64,000 nucleotides of DNA from Candidatus Vogelbacteria bacterium (GCA_903864935.1 CAIPHT010000007.1:16293-80292); one strand, 5' to 3'. Shown: positions 8,631-18,552, numbered from the stretch's first letter. The notes: a model not told the origin generated them from the sequence alone. A program made the numbers and translations.

Positions 8631-10967
8631 ATGTTCAAGCTATTAACAAATAAGAAAAAAATAATTTTAACATTCCTCGTTGGTGTTGGTATCTTAATCA
8701 CCCTCCCAGGTTTAGCTTTAGCCGTTGATGGACCAATTGCAACAGAGGGTTACTCGGTCTCGTTTTCTGCCGGGACTGATTTACCCACCATTCCCGCGGC
8801 CACAGGGATAATGGCTCCAAGACCTTCAACCGAAGCCGAACTCACCCAAAGATCCAATAACGACCAGACCCAAATCGATAATCTCCTCCAACTAAAAAAA
8901 CAGCTGTCCATTGCCAGCGAACAGAGTTTTCTTAAAAATGCCAAGACGGGGGCAGTGGTGGGAGCAGCAAACGGTTATACTTATGGCGGAGTAATAGGAA
9001 CAGGCATTGGAGCAGTCAGGGGCTTCTTTTTATACAATAGCCAGAGAAAAAACTCTATTGCTTTGCTAGACAAAAATGCCGATGCCAAAATTGGAGCTCT
9101 CAAAGATGACCAAGGCGCCTGTCTTGATAAAATAAGTGACATTACTAAAGAGGCCGCTCTTGCCGCGGGCGATCAAGTGGCTCTCCAGGCGGCACTAAAT
9201 AAAGCTGATCAAGCAAAACAAAAAATGGCTCAGTCTCGGGCCGCCTACAATAAAGCCGTCGCTCAATTCAAAACCGTCAACAGCCTCGCCTGTTCGGTTA
9301 ATAATCTGGGTAATTGCGTTCTAGAGGTTACCAGCTGGATAGGGAACATTGTTACTTATGTTTTTGCTCTTCTGTTATGGGCGTCAAGTGGTATTTTTGA
9401 TATTGTCGTCAATTTTTCTATCTTGAATATTGGCACTTGGTTTAAACTACCGTTAGTCGCTAGCGCCTGGCGATTAATGAGAGACTTTGCCAATATTTTC
9501 TTCGTCTTTGTCCTTCTTTATATTGCGATTGGCACAATTTTTGACTTAAAGGGTGTCGGCCAAGGACTTCAAAAGACGATAGTTGGCGTTATTGTTATTG
9601 CCCTCTTAGTTAATTTTAGCGGCTTCTTCGTCCGCGTAGTTGTTGATGCTTCTAATATCATCGCCTATGAATTCTATTCGGGGATAAAAAAGGGGGACTC
9701 CACCTTTTCTTTAGGGACGAACCTAGTCCAAAAAATGGATTTGGGTGCTCGTTTTATTGATCCCAGCTCGTTAGAAGATGCCAAAGCACAGGCCGGGGGG
9801 GTCTTTAATAACTCCCCAATACCAGAGGAAGGGGCTGTCGACAAGCTTAGTTTCCTTAGTATTATTGCGGGAACCTTCGGTAACATTTTAATTATCTTGG
9901 CCACTTCTTTTGTTTTACTCACTGCCGCCATTCTATTTATCATCAGGACAATTACTTTATTGTTTATCTATATTATCGCTCCTTTTGCCTTCGTCTCCAA
10001 GATTATCCCAATAAAGAGTTTCAACAAGTTTGATAAATGGTCTGACACCTTAATCAAACAATCATTCTTTGCTCCGGCTTTTCTTATCCCACTTTATCTG
10101 GTCTTCTTAATCCTTGGCCCGACTGGTATCTCTCATCTGGCCTCCACCGCCAAAGGGACAGAGGGTTGGGCCTTTATTGGACAGGACTCCCTCCTTCTAG
10201 TAATGGCTGACGTTTTCATCCTTGGCTTGATTATTGCCTGCATCTTTATCGCTCAATCTTTAAGCGCTATTGGTTTGGGCTTTGCTACCGGTGTTGCTGG
10301 CAAGGCCAATGCCTTAGGCGTTAGAAATATAGGGAGATTTGTTGGCCGACCGGTGGCAACCGTCGCTGGAAAACTAGGAGGCAATAGACTTATTACTGAG
10401 GCTAAATGGGCAGCATCAAAGACCAGGGTCACCAAAGTTTGGAATTCTGCCTCAATGAAAGAAATTAGGGAGACAAAATTCGGCAAGAAGCTAGGCCAAG
10501 CTATAAAAAATCCAATGCTCTCAGCCAATGACGCTCTTGGTTCAGCCGCTGGTTTGGCAGGGGTAAAAAGTTTCAATGTCTTAGGCAGTTCGGCCGAATC
10601 AAGAAAAGATGCCGCCAAAGCAGAAAAGGAGAAAAAAGAAGAAGACGAAAAAAGAAAGAAAGAAGACAGAGAAAAAGCACTAAAAACCGCCAGTACAGCT
10701 GAAGCCTTAACGATACTTGGTGGTATGACTGACGGCGAGATCAAAGATTTACCAGCTGATATTATTACTTTACCAGCTATTTCTCTAAATCTAGAAAATG
10801 ACCAACTTGTAGCAATCAACAAGGCCGGAAAATTAACCAAAGACCATAAGAAGGCCGTTAAACAAATAATCATGGGAATCGCACCAAAAGGAATACCTGG
10901 CACGATGGGAACACCAGAAGGACAAATCTTCATGATGACGGGAGCGGGAGCGTCCTGGCCGAGATAA
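8631..10967 (+). CDS. polytopic membrane protein, TrbL/VirB6-like T4SS channel component
   Basis: Signal peptide plus a ~200-aa periplasmic coiled-coil region, then at least 6 TM helices (residues ~230-540), then a Lys/Glu-rich cytoplasmic tail (KAEKEKKEEDEKRKKEDREK). Architecture and operon position fit TrbL/VirB6. Start 2 nt after the previous stop. Confidence 0.5.
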   Translation: MFKLLTNKKKIILTFLVGVGILITLPGLALAVDGPIATEGYSVSFSAGTDLPTIPAATGIMAPRPSTEAELTQRSNNDQTQIDNLLQLKKQLSIASEQSFLKNAKTGAVVGAANGYTYGGVIGTGIGAVRGFFLYNSQRKNSIALLDKNADAKIGALKDDQGACLDKISDITKEAALAAGDQVALQAALNKADQAKQKMAQSRAAYNKAVAQFKTVNSLACSVNNLGNCVLEVTSWIGNIVTYVFALLLWASSGIFDIVVNFSILNIGTWFKLPLVASAWRLMRDFANIFFVFVLLYIAIGTIFDLKGVGQGLQKTIVGVIVIALLVNFSGFFVRVVVDASNIIAYEFYSGIKKGDSTFSLGTNLVQKMDLGARFIDPSSLEDAKAQAGGVFNNSPIPEEGAVDKLSFLSIIAGTFGNILIILATSFVLLTAAILFIIRTITLLFIYIIAPFAFVSKIIPIKSFNKFDKWSDTLIKQSFFAPAFLIPLYLVFLILGPTGISHLASTAKGTEGWAFIGQDSLLLVMADVFILGLIIACIFIAQSLSAIGLGFATGVAGKANALGVRNIGRFVGRPVATVAGKLGGNRLITEAKWAASKTRVTKVWNSASMKEIRETKFGKKLGQAIKNPMLSANDALGSAAGLAGVKSFNVLGSSAESRKDAAKAEKEKKEEDEKRKKEDREKALKTASTAEALTILGGMTDGEIKDLPADIITLPAISLNLENDQLVAINKAGKLTKDHKKAVKQIIMGIAPKGIPGTMGTPEGQIFMMTGAGASWPR

Positions 10968-10990
10968 TTTAATAGGATATATTTAGAAAT

Positions 10991-11470
10991 ATGAAAATAG
11001 ACATAGAAAAAATGGATGAGGCTTATGCCCAATTACCAAAGAATTTACAAGACTTACTCGATAGTAAAGAAACAGCCGCAACAATTAATAATATTGGGAA
11101 GAAGTATGCTCTTCATATTGACCAATTAGGGCAGTTAGCTATCGTTGTTAGAGCCATTCTCTCGGGCTTAGTTTCAAGACAAAATTCTCTAAGCCAACTT
11201 CGTGAAGAAACCGGCCTCCCAGAGGACACTATCAATCTTATTGTCTATGACCTAAACCAACAAATTTTTTCTAAGATTCGCGAGGAGTTAGAAAAAGAGA
11301 CACTCCCAACACAAAACACGTCGTCCAAACAAATTTTCGAAGAAAAGATGAGCGGCGTGGCCAATGTCCCCAAACAAGAAGTTGAAGTTAAGACGCAAAC
11401 GGGGGATAATGATACTAAGGACGCGACAGTGAAGCCTCCGCGCGATCCATATCGCGAGCCAATTAATTAA
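10991..11470 (+). CDS. hypothetical soluble protein within the T4SS-like operon
   Basis: 159-aa ORF, no TM; its stop overlaps the start of the next gene (ATG at 11470). Confidence 0.5.
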   Translation: MKIDIEKMDEAYAQLPKNLQDLLDSKETAATINNIGKKYALHIDQLGQLAIVVRAILSGLVSRQNSLSQLREETGLPEDTINLIVYDLNQQIFSKIREELEKETLPTQNTSSKQIFEEKMSGVANVPKQEVEVKTQTGDNDTKDATVKPPRDPYREPIN

Positions 11471-11910
11471 TGCAATTCCAATTGCCACAATTTATTGAGG
11501 TCGAGGATACCATTTTTGGACCTCTCACCTTCAAGCAATTCCTCTACCTGGCCGGTGGCGCCGGTTTGGCCTTTATTTGTTATGTTTATCTGCCTATCTA
11601 CTTGGCAATCTTTCCCATTATTGGAGTTATTGCCTTATCAACCCTACTCGCTTTTTATAAATACAATGGACGAAACTTTGTTTATATTGTTGAGTCGGCC
11701 ACCAAATTCTTCTTCTCCAGCAAACTCTATTTATGGAAGCAGACTCTGGCAGGAGAAAGTAAAAGAACGGTAGTGGTGAAGGAAGAGAAGAGCGCGCCGG
11801 AGGGTATTAATCTCCCTCGCTTATCAGCCAGCAAATTAAAAGATCTCACTTGGAGCCTTGACGTCCAAAACAGTCCCGAAGCTGAGCAACAAAATAATTA
11901 TGGCACTTAA
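11470..11910 (+). CDS. PrgI/VirB3-like small membrane protein
   Basis: N-terminal motif EDTIFGPLTFKQFLYLAGGAGLAFICYV followed by two TM helices; matches the PrgI-family (VirB3 analogue) hallmark of an F/L-rich RQF[LI]YL box preceding the TM hairpin. Confidence 0.5.
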   Translation: MQFQLPQFIEVEDTIFGPLTFKQFLYLAGGAGLAFICYVYLPIYLAIFPIIGVIALSTLLAFYKYNGRNFVYIVESATKFFFSSKLYLWKQTLAGESKRTVVVKEEKSAPEGINLPRLSASKLKDLTWSLDVQNSPEAEQQNNYGT

Positions 11911-12577
11911 AGATTTTATCCCCAACAATAAATCCACCCAAGACTTCGTTCCAATCAAGGAGATTAAGAACGGAGTGGTGATTCTTAAGGATGGCTCTTT
12001 GCGAGCCGTGGTCATGGTCTCCTCGCTCAACTTTGGTCTCAAGTCAGACGACGAGAAAGTGGCAATCATCAGCGCCTTCCAAAACTTCCTTAACTCTATT
12101 GATTTCACTATTCAGATTTCCATTCAATCGAGACGCCTCAATATTGAGCCCTATCTCCAAACTCTAAGAGATCGCATGGCCGAGCAAACAAATGAGTTGC
12201 TCAAGGTCCAAATTAGAGAATACATAGAGTTTATTAGGTTCTATACTGATCATCAGAACGTCATGACCAAAACTTTCTTTGTCGTCGTTTCTTACGAACC
12301 AGCTTTAATTGCTGGGGGAGAGAGAGGTTTCCTCTCCAAGATTTTTAACAGCCAGAAAGCGAATTCCAAGAGCGCCATCATTAACGAATTCGACCAGAAT
12401 GTCGCGCAGCTAAATCAACGAACTAACGTTATCAAGAGCGGCCTAAGCCGGATGGGCTTAGTTAGCGCCGTGCTAGGAACCGAAGAGCTAATTGAGCTTT
12501 ATTTCAAATTATTCAATCCCGGGGAGAACGATGCCCCAGCCAGTAGCAATAATGGCTCAACCGCCGAAGCCAAATAA
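11900..12577 (+). CDS. VirB4/TrbE-family N-terminal domain protein (separate ORF)
   Basis: Motif VPIKEIKNGVVILKDGSLRAVVMVSSLNFGLKSDDEKVAIISAFQNFLNSIDFTIQISIQ matches the conserved N-terminal domain of Gram-positive-type VirB4 (PrgJ/TcpF-like). Alternative upstream ATG at 11858. Ends 5 nt before the ATPase ORF, in a different frame. Confidence 0.5.
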   Translation: MALKDFIPNNKSTQDFVPIKEIKNGVVILKDGSLRAVVMVSSLNFGLKSDDEKVAIISAFQNFLNSIDFTIQISIQSRRLNIEPYLQTLRDRMAEQTNELLKVQIREYIEFIRFYTDHQNVMTKTFFVVVSYEPALIAGGERGFLSKIFNSQKANSKSAIINEFDQNVAQLNQRTNVIKSGLSRMGLVSAVLGTEELIELYFKLFNPGENDAPASSNNGSTAEAK

Positions 12578-12582
12578 GTTAT

Positions 12583-14412
12583 ATGAATATCCCTTTTCTA
12601 AACCAAAAAAATAAGAACGAGGAGCTGATTCCCATCCTCCCGCAAGACATTTACCAAGTTGGAGTCCTAGAGCTTCAAGACATTATTGCTCCCTCGGCCC
12701 TACGCGTGACACCCAAGAATCTTAATTTGGGCGAGAAGATTGCACGTACTCTCTTTGTCATTTCTTATCCTCGCTTCTTGAGCGAAGAGTGGTTCTCACC
12801 CATTATCAACCTAGATAGTGTCTTCGACATTTCAATCTTTGTCCACCCGCTCGACACAACAACAACTCTCCGCGCCCTGCAAAAGAAGATTGCCGAGGTT
12901 GAGAGCCAAATTATGGTCCGCGAACAGAAGGGGATGGTCCGTGACCCAATGCTTGATACCGCCCAAGCTGATATCGAGAGCCTGCGCGATCAATTAATGC
13001 AGGCCACCGAGAAAATGTTCAGTGTCGGCCTCTATCTCACCCTCTACGGTGAGAGTGAAGAAGAATTAGATCATACCGAGGGGCAAATTAAATCCGTTCT
13101 CGATGCCAAGCTAATTTATCTTAAGACCGCCCTCTTCCAGCAAGAAGAAGGGTTCAAGAGTGTGGCCCCCTTCGCTACCGACTACCTCGAGGTCAATAAT
13201 CGACTTAATTCCACACCCCTTTCTAGTATCTTCCCCTTTGTCTCCTTTGACTTAACTTCTAATAAGGGAATTCTCTATGGGCGTAATATGCATAATTCTT
13301 CTCTTGTCATTTTCGACCGTTTCTCGCTAGAGAACTACAACTCGGTCATTTTTGCCAAATCGGGTTCGGGGAAATCTTTTGCCACTAAACTGGAGATTCT
13401 TCGTAGTCTCATGTTTGATATTGATGTTCTAGTTATTGACCCAGAAAGGGAGTACGAATTCTTGGCCGAAGCTGTCGGTGGACGATATTTCAACATTTCT
13501 CTCGCCTCTGAGCACCACATTAACCCCTTCGACCTGCCTTTTGCCCGCGAAGATGAGTCACCGGCCGACGTTCTTCGGTCTAACATCATCAATCTGGTCG
13601 GTCTCTTCCGTATTATGTTGGGCGGTCTTAGCCCTGAAGAAGACTCAATCCTCGACAATGCCATCTCCGAGACCTATGCGCTTAAAGATATCACGCCGGA
13701 TTCCGATTTTACTAACAAACCGGCGCCCCTCTTGTCAGATCTCGAATTAGTCTTGGCCGGCATGGAGGGGGGAGATTCGCTGGCCCAGAGATTACTTAAG
13801 TATACTCAAGGCACCTGGGCGGGCTTTCTCAACAAACCAACCAACGTTGATATCAACAAGAAATTCGTCGTTTTCTCTATCCGCGACATGGAGGACGAAC
13901 TTAAGCCAGTGGCCATGTATATCGTCATGCACCACATTTGGAACGCGATTAGACGCAATCTCAAGCGCCGCCTCCTGGTTGTCGACGAGGCTTGGGTTAT
14001 GATGAAGGATGACGATACCGCCTCTTTCCTCTTCTCCTTGGTGAAGAGAGGCCGTAAGTATTATCTGGGCGTCGCCACTATTACTCAAGACGTGGGAGAC
14101 TTCATTCGTTCACAATACGGTCTGCCCATCATCACCAACTCGTCTATTCAAATTCTCTTGAAACAGTCACCAGCCTCTATTGATGAGGTTCAGAAGACCT
14201 TTAATCTTACCGATGAAGAGAAATACTTCCTCTTGGAGTCACCGGTCGGGAATGGAATTTTTATTGCTGGTCTGAAGAGGGTAGAGATCAGGATTGAAGC
14301 CTCTTATACCGAGGAACAAATTGTTACCTCTGATCCTTCACAAATTCTCGCCATTAAGAAAGCCAAGTTAGATTTCGATACCGCCAAACAAACTGAGCAA
14401 ACCAATGCCTAA
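12583..14412 (+). CDS. virB4: VirB4/TrbE/TraC-family conjugative-type ATPase (C-terminal ATPase part)
   Basis: Walker A AKSGSGKS, Walker B LLVVDEAWVMM, ATITQDVGDF motif (VirB4 family); 609 aa. Confidence 0.85.
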   Translation: MNIPFLNQKNKNEELIPILPQDIYQVGVLELQDIIAPSALRVTPKNLNLGEKIARTLFVISYPRFLSEEWFSPIINLDSVFDISIFVHPLDTTTTLRALQKKIAEVESQIMVREQKGMVRDPMLDTAQADIESLRDQLMQATEKMFSVGLYLTLYGESEEELDHTEGQIKSVLDAKLIYLKTALFQQEEGFKSVAPFATDYLEVNNRLNSTPLSSIFPFVSFDLTSNKGILYGRNMHNSSLVIFDRFSLENYNSVIFAKSGSGKSFATKLEILRSLMFDIDVLVIDPEREYEFLAEAVGGRYFNISLASEHHINPFDLPFAREDESPADVLRSNIINLVGLFRIMLGGLSPEEDSILDNAISETYALKDITPDSDFTNKPAPLLSDLELVLAGMEGGDSLAQRLLKYTQGTWAGFLNKPTNVDINKKFVVFSIRDMEDELKPVAMYIVMHHIWNAIRRNLKRRLLVVDEAWVMMKDDDTASFLFSLVKRGRKYYLGVATITQDVGDFIRSQYGLPIITNSSIQILLKQSPASIDEVQKTFNLTDEEKYFLLESPVGNGIFIAGLKRVEIRIEASYTEEQIVTSDPSQILAIKKAKLDFDTAKQTEQTNA

Positions 14413-14803
14413 TGCTAAGATGAGGATAAGCCCGATTGTCGCCTCTTTTATGATTGGACTGGCCTTGGTTTATGATACCCTTAAATTTTTGTTGAGTTTC
14501 ATTTTGATGGGGTGGGTCGTCGCTATTTGGTCGTTCCTAACCTTCTGGTTCTGGTTTACTTACTTAGGAGTCAGTTTTATGAAGCCAGGCAAGATGAGAG
14601 GGGCGAAGATTGCGTCGCTTAGCGTCCCGGCAATAATTGGAATCTTACCCTTCATCTCCGCACTACCAGGCGAAACTCTGGGGGTAACAACGACAATAGG
14701 CATTGCTAGCGCCGAAGATCTGACCAAGGGGATTACTCCAGAGGTAGCCCAAGCTCTTGGCTCAGGATTAAAACAATTTAAGGGGGGAGGGATTGGCCAT
14801 TAA
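14405..14803 (+). CDS. small polytopic membrane protein (possible VirB2/VirB3-like)
   Basis: Three hydrophobic helices; overlaps the previous gene by 8 nt and the next gene by 11 nt. Confidence 0.45.
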   Translation: MPNAKMRISPIVASFMIGLALVYDTLKFLLSFILMGWVVAIWSFLTFWFWFTYLGVSFMKPGKMRGAKIASLSVPAIIGILPFISALPGETLGVTTTIGIASAEDLTKGITPEVAQALGSGLKQFKGGGIGH

Positions 14804-15848
14804 CTATTTAAGTATTATAATTAAAGAGAAAATGACTAAAAACTTTTTTTTAACTTTAATTCTAGCATTATTATTTATACCGACGACAATTCTGGCCGTC
14901 ACCGAGACAGGGGTTGGTAGTAATGTCTTGGCCACCATCACCCCCACTAACCCTCGGCCGGGGGATATCGTTAATATTTCCTTAAGCGGGTATGGCTTCG
15001 ATACGAATCAGAGTTATTTTAAATGGATGAGAGATGGTAAGGACGTTTTGTCTGGCAATGGACAGAGTCAATACTCCTTCCAACTTGGGCGCCTAGGGGT
15101 CGCCACAAAAATTGATGTGACAATTTTCTCGGACACCAGAGCTCTAGCGACAAAATCATTCTATTTTGAACCCGCCGACATTGATTTTGTTTGGCAAGCG
15201 GACACCTTTGTCCCGCCTTTTTACAAAGGAAAAGAGCGAGCCAGTGCCGGAGCGAATATTAAAATACTCGCCACCCCTTATCTTATTAATAATTTAGGTC
15301 AAGCAGAGAATAAATCTAACCTTAATTACTCTTGGTCACAAGATGGTAAGCCGCTCAACGATCGTTCAGGGCTGGGCAAATCAAACATAACTATTGCCAC
15401 TGGGCCAGACAAGAATCAGATTAAAATTGATTTAGCTGTTAGCACAATTGATAAAAGCCGTTCAACTAACAAATCTTTAATTATAAATTTAGATAAGCCA
15501 GAACTGGCTTTCTATGAGATTAAGCCTCTCGCGGGAACTAATTTTTTAAAACAAGTTATCGGGAGCTATGACCTCTATGATGATGAGGCAAGTTTCTTGG
15601 CTATCCCTTATTTCTGGCCCCGCAATCAAATAAATAACATCAATTATCTTTGGGCAATTAACGGCCTCCAGGCTTCTCCACAAAAAGATCCTTGGTCGCT
15701 AACCGTCCGCGAACCAAGCGGGGGAGCGGGGCAAAACGAGATAAATCTTCAGGTTAGTGATGCCCAAAATAGCTTAGGCCCTGTCAGCAACCACTTTAAT
15801 ATTAAATTTGGTAATAATTTGTTAAAATTCAATAATGCAAACCAATAA
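14793..15848 (+). CDS. secreted protein (signal peptide), T4SS-like operon
   Basis: Signal peptide MTKNFFLTLILALLFIPTTILAV; 351 aa, beta-rich composition. Confidence 0.5.
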   Translation: MAINYLSIIIKEKMTKNFFLTLILALLFIPTTILAVTETGVGSNVLATITPTNPRPGDIVNISLSGYGFDTNQSYFKWMRDGKDVLSGNGQSQYSFQLGRLGVATKIDVTIFSDTRALATKSFYFEPADIDFVWQADTFVPPFYKGKERASAGANIKILATPYLINNLGQAENKSNLNYSWSQDGKPLNDRSGLGKSNITIATGPDKNQIKIDLAVSTIDKSRSTNKSLIINLDKPELAFYEIKPLAGTNFLKQVIGSYDLYDDEASFLAIPYFWPRNQINNINYLWAINGLQASPQKDPWSLTVREPSGGAGQNEINLQVSDAQNSLGPVSNHFNIKFGNNLLKFNNANQ

Positions 15849-16218
15849 CTCAAACCTACTGGCCGCCACCGCTGGGTACACCCTGCTCGAACCCTCAGTG
15901 GTTCAACCTGACCCATCCAAGGCTTCAGGTACTCCAATCAGTCTTAGTCTCTACCTTAAGGGGGCCTATGTCACAATGTTTATTGTTGTCATTATTGGGG
16001 CGATTTTGGTTATGGTTTATTATGGTATTGGTTATATGATGTCGGATGTCGCGAGTTTCAAAGGAACAGCCAAAAGCCGTCTGACAAAAGTCTTTATTGG
16101 TATCGGTATCGCCATCCTCTCCTTTATCTTGCTCAACCAGATTAACCCGGACTTGGCTGGTAATCTAGGCAAAAATAGCAACAATATCATCCTCAACGGT
16201 CTTAACTCTTTATTTTAA
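15835..16218 (+). CDS. pilin-like small membrane protein (TrbC/VirB2-like topology)
   Basis: Long N-terminal leader followed by two hydrophobic helices (FIVVIIGAILVMVYYGIGYMM and VFIGIGIAILSFILL) separated by a short polar loop, ~120 aa; matches VirB2-type pilin architecture (inference). Confidence 0.4.
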   Translation: MQTNNSNLLAATAGYTLLEPSVVQPDPSKASGTPISLSLYLKGAYVTMFIVVIIGAILVMVYYGIGYMMSDVASFKGTAKSRLTKVFIGIGIAILSFILLNQINPDLAGNLGKNSNNIILNGLNSLF

Positions 16219-16221
16219 AAA

Positions 16222-17433
16222 ATGAAAAAAGCGCTAACTATAATTCTCCTAGTCCTTATCGCTGGTTCTTTAGGCACTCTTGGTTTTTTTATTTATAAGC
16301 AAAGTCAATCTACTACAAGAACTGTCACCAATACCCCAGTCTCGGAAGAGTCACCCTTCCCAATGGGGAGTAGTACTAACCCCGTTACCACCAACTATAA
16401 CTCCGGCAATAGTTCAACTAATTATCCTGAGGCTAATCAGCCCCTCGGCGTTCCTAACCAACCAGCCTTAAGCCAAATGAGTTTGGCGGGTATAACAGTT
16501 CTTTCAATTAACAAAAATCTCCAAACTTTTTTTACGGATAAAGAAACAGGTAATATATATTCTCTCGACGGCCAAAATAATCCCACGAGACTTAGTCTCG
16601 TGACCCTCCCCGGAGTTGAGGAATCTTATCTTGGTTATAGAAACAACAGTTTAGGTATTATCTTGCGACAAATCAAAGGGTTAAATATTGTAAATGAAAT
16701 CGGCCAAATTAAACTAGACAGCTCAGCCCCGACAACATTAAACCCCCACCTTTGGGATATCTCTCTCAGTTCTCTTGCCCTCTCTCCCAACAGCCAAAAA
16801 ATTTCTTTCTTAACCGAGATAACGGATAAAACCATACTTTATACGACAGATTGGTCCCTCCAAAAACCTAAGAAACTCTGGAGCTCACCACTCTCCAGTT
16901 GGAATATTTCATGGCCCAAAGATAGTTTAATTGTCATTACCTCTAAACCCTCTTATGATTACCCCGGTGTGGCTTATTTCCTAGATGCCCAAACCGGCAA
17001 AGAAACGAAGATATTAAACAACATTAATGGGCTAAATCTGTCTGTTTCGCCCAATGGAGACAAACTTATCTATACCAAGAGTTTACTTAGTGGCTTTAGC
17101 TTGTACTCTTATGATACAAAAGTAGAGGAAAGTCGTCTTCTCGATTTCAACACTCTTCCCGATAAATGTGTTTGGTCTGACAATGATACTTTATATTGTG
17201 CAGTACCAAAAAATATCCCAACTGGGCACTACCCCGATAATTGGTATCAAGGCAAAATTAGTTTCTCTGACAATGTTTGGAAAATTGATTTAAAACAAAA
17301 GACAACTACCATCGTCAGCACCCTAAAGGGGGATTATGATTTGTATAACCTAGTCATAAACAAACAAACAGGCTGGCTCTATGCCCTTAATCGAGGAGAT
17401 AATAAGCTCCAAGCCTTTAGTTTGAAGCCTTAG
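16222..17433 (+). CDS. secreted beta-propeller-like protein (TolB/PD40-like repeats)
   Basis: Signal peptide plus Ser/Thr/Asn-rich linker; C-terminal repeats such as LSVSPNGDKLIYTKS; last gene of the operon. 3' end overlaps yidC convergently by 17 nt. Confidence 0.5.
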   Translation: MKKALTIILLVLIAGSLGTLGFFIYKQSQSTTRTVTNTPVSEESPFPMGSSTNPVTTNYNSGNSSTNYPEANQPLGVPNQPALSQMSLAGITVLSINKNLQTFFTDKETGNIYSLDGQNNPTRLSLVTLPGVEESYLGYRNNSLGIILRQIKGLNIVNEIGQIKLDSSAPTTLNPHLWDISLSSLALSPNSQKISFLTEITDKTILYTTDWSLQKPKKLWSSPLSSWNISWPKDSLIVITSKPSYDYPGVAYFLDAQTGKETKILNNINGLNLSVSPNGDKLIYTKSLLSGFSLYSYDTKVEESRLLDFNTLPDKCVWSDNDTLYCAVPKNIPTGHYPDNWYQGKISFSDNVWKIDLKQKTTTIVSTLKGDYDLYNLVINKQTGWLYALNRGDNKLQAFSLKP

Positions 17434-18178
17434 GGGCCCTTAGGACCGCGTCCTGGTCCTTAATCTTCTTAATAACCACCACCTCATAGATGGCGGAGAA
17501 AACGTTACTGGTGACCCAATAAAGGGAGATGGCCGCGGGTAAAGTAAAGGCGATAACCGCCGTCATCACCGGCATAGCATAACGCATTTGGAAATCCATA
17601 CTCTTGGCTAAATCCTGGCCAAAAGAGACCTCTTTTTTGTCTGAAGACTTATTTTTTTCTCGCTTGGGTAGAGAAAGTGTAACCTGGAGATATTGAGTTA
17701 CCCCAGTTAAAAAGGCGAGAGCATAATTATGACTAACCGTTAATTTAACAAAACCCAAGAAAATTGTGTTGATATGATTGGGGATAGTAATAAAAGAGTA
17801 AACAAGGTTGATGTCAATAGTAAAACTCTGGCGAAAGACATAAAAAAGGGAAATAATAATAGGAATTTGGATAAGCAAAACCAAAAAGCTGCTAAAGGGG
17901 TTAATCTTCTCTTTTTTATATAATTCCATCGTCAGGCGAGACTGTTCGGGTAAATTATCTTTGTTTTGCTCTTTTATCGCCTTCAATTCACCCTCGACAG
18001 CCTTCATTTTTATTTGAGTCATTACCGAGGTCTTATAGAGAGGGAAAATGACAATTTTAACTAGAATAGTAAGAAGAATAATGGCCAAACCAAGATCTGC
18101 CCCAGGGAGAATCGCCGTGAGCCAAACCAGAAGATTGTAGAGGGGGATAAAAACAATTATTTTGAAAAAATTAATCAT
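17417..18178 (-). CDS. yidC: membrane protein insertase YidC (short form)
   Basis: Motifs ILLTILVKIVIFPL and MQIKMKAVEGELKAIKEQ, five TM segments, conserved position downstream of rnpA. Confidence 0.85.
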   Translation of the reverse strand: MINFFKIIVFIPLYNLLVWLTAILPGADLGLAIILLTILVKIVIFPLYKTSVMTQIKMKAVEGELKAIKEQNKDNLPEQSRLTMELYKKEKINPFSSFLVLLIQIPIIISLFYVFRQSFTIDINLVYSFITIPNHINTIFLGFVKLTVSHNYALAFLTGVTQYLQVTLSLPKREKNKSSDKKEVSFGQDLAKSMDFQMRYAMPVMTAVIAFTLPAAISLYWVTSNVFSAIYEVVVIKKIKDQDAVLRAPKASN

Positions 18179-18195
18179 ATTTTGCTATTCTAACA

Positions 18196-18552
18196 CTATT
18201 TTAAAATTTTAGCTGTTCTAATTAAAGCCAAGACCTCTTCCTCAAACTGTTTGAATTCAAGTCTAGAAAGATCCTCTTTTACTTGGATGATAATATCTGA
18301 ATTATTTACCACTTCGGGCCAGATTTTTTCTAAAATAGCGTGGAGACGCCTCTTGATCAAATGGCGACGGGCCGAGAGGGGAACAACCTTATTCCCAATA
18401 ACCACCGCCACCCTCGGACTTTGGCCATAATTCTCCTCTGTGGATAACCTGTTATGAACTCGAATATTAAGACTAGGGGACGAGAAAACCCTGTTTTGTT
18501 TCAAAACAAGGGGTAAAAGCTCTTTATTTATACGGTATTTAACCGGAAGCAT
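18196..18552 (-). CDS. rnpA: ribonuclease P protein component
   Basis: RNR-like basic motif ARRHLIKRRL; 118 aa; immediately downstream of rpmH. Confidence 0.8.
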   Translation of the reverse strand: MLPVKYRINKELLPLVLKQNRVFSSPSLNIRVHNRLSTEENYGQSPRVAVVIGNKVVPLSARRHLIKRRLHAILEKIWPEVVNNSDIIIQVKEDLSRLEFKQFEEEVLALIRTAKILK

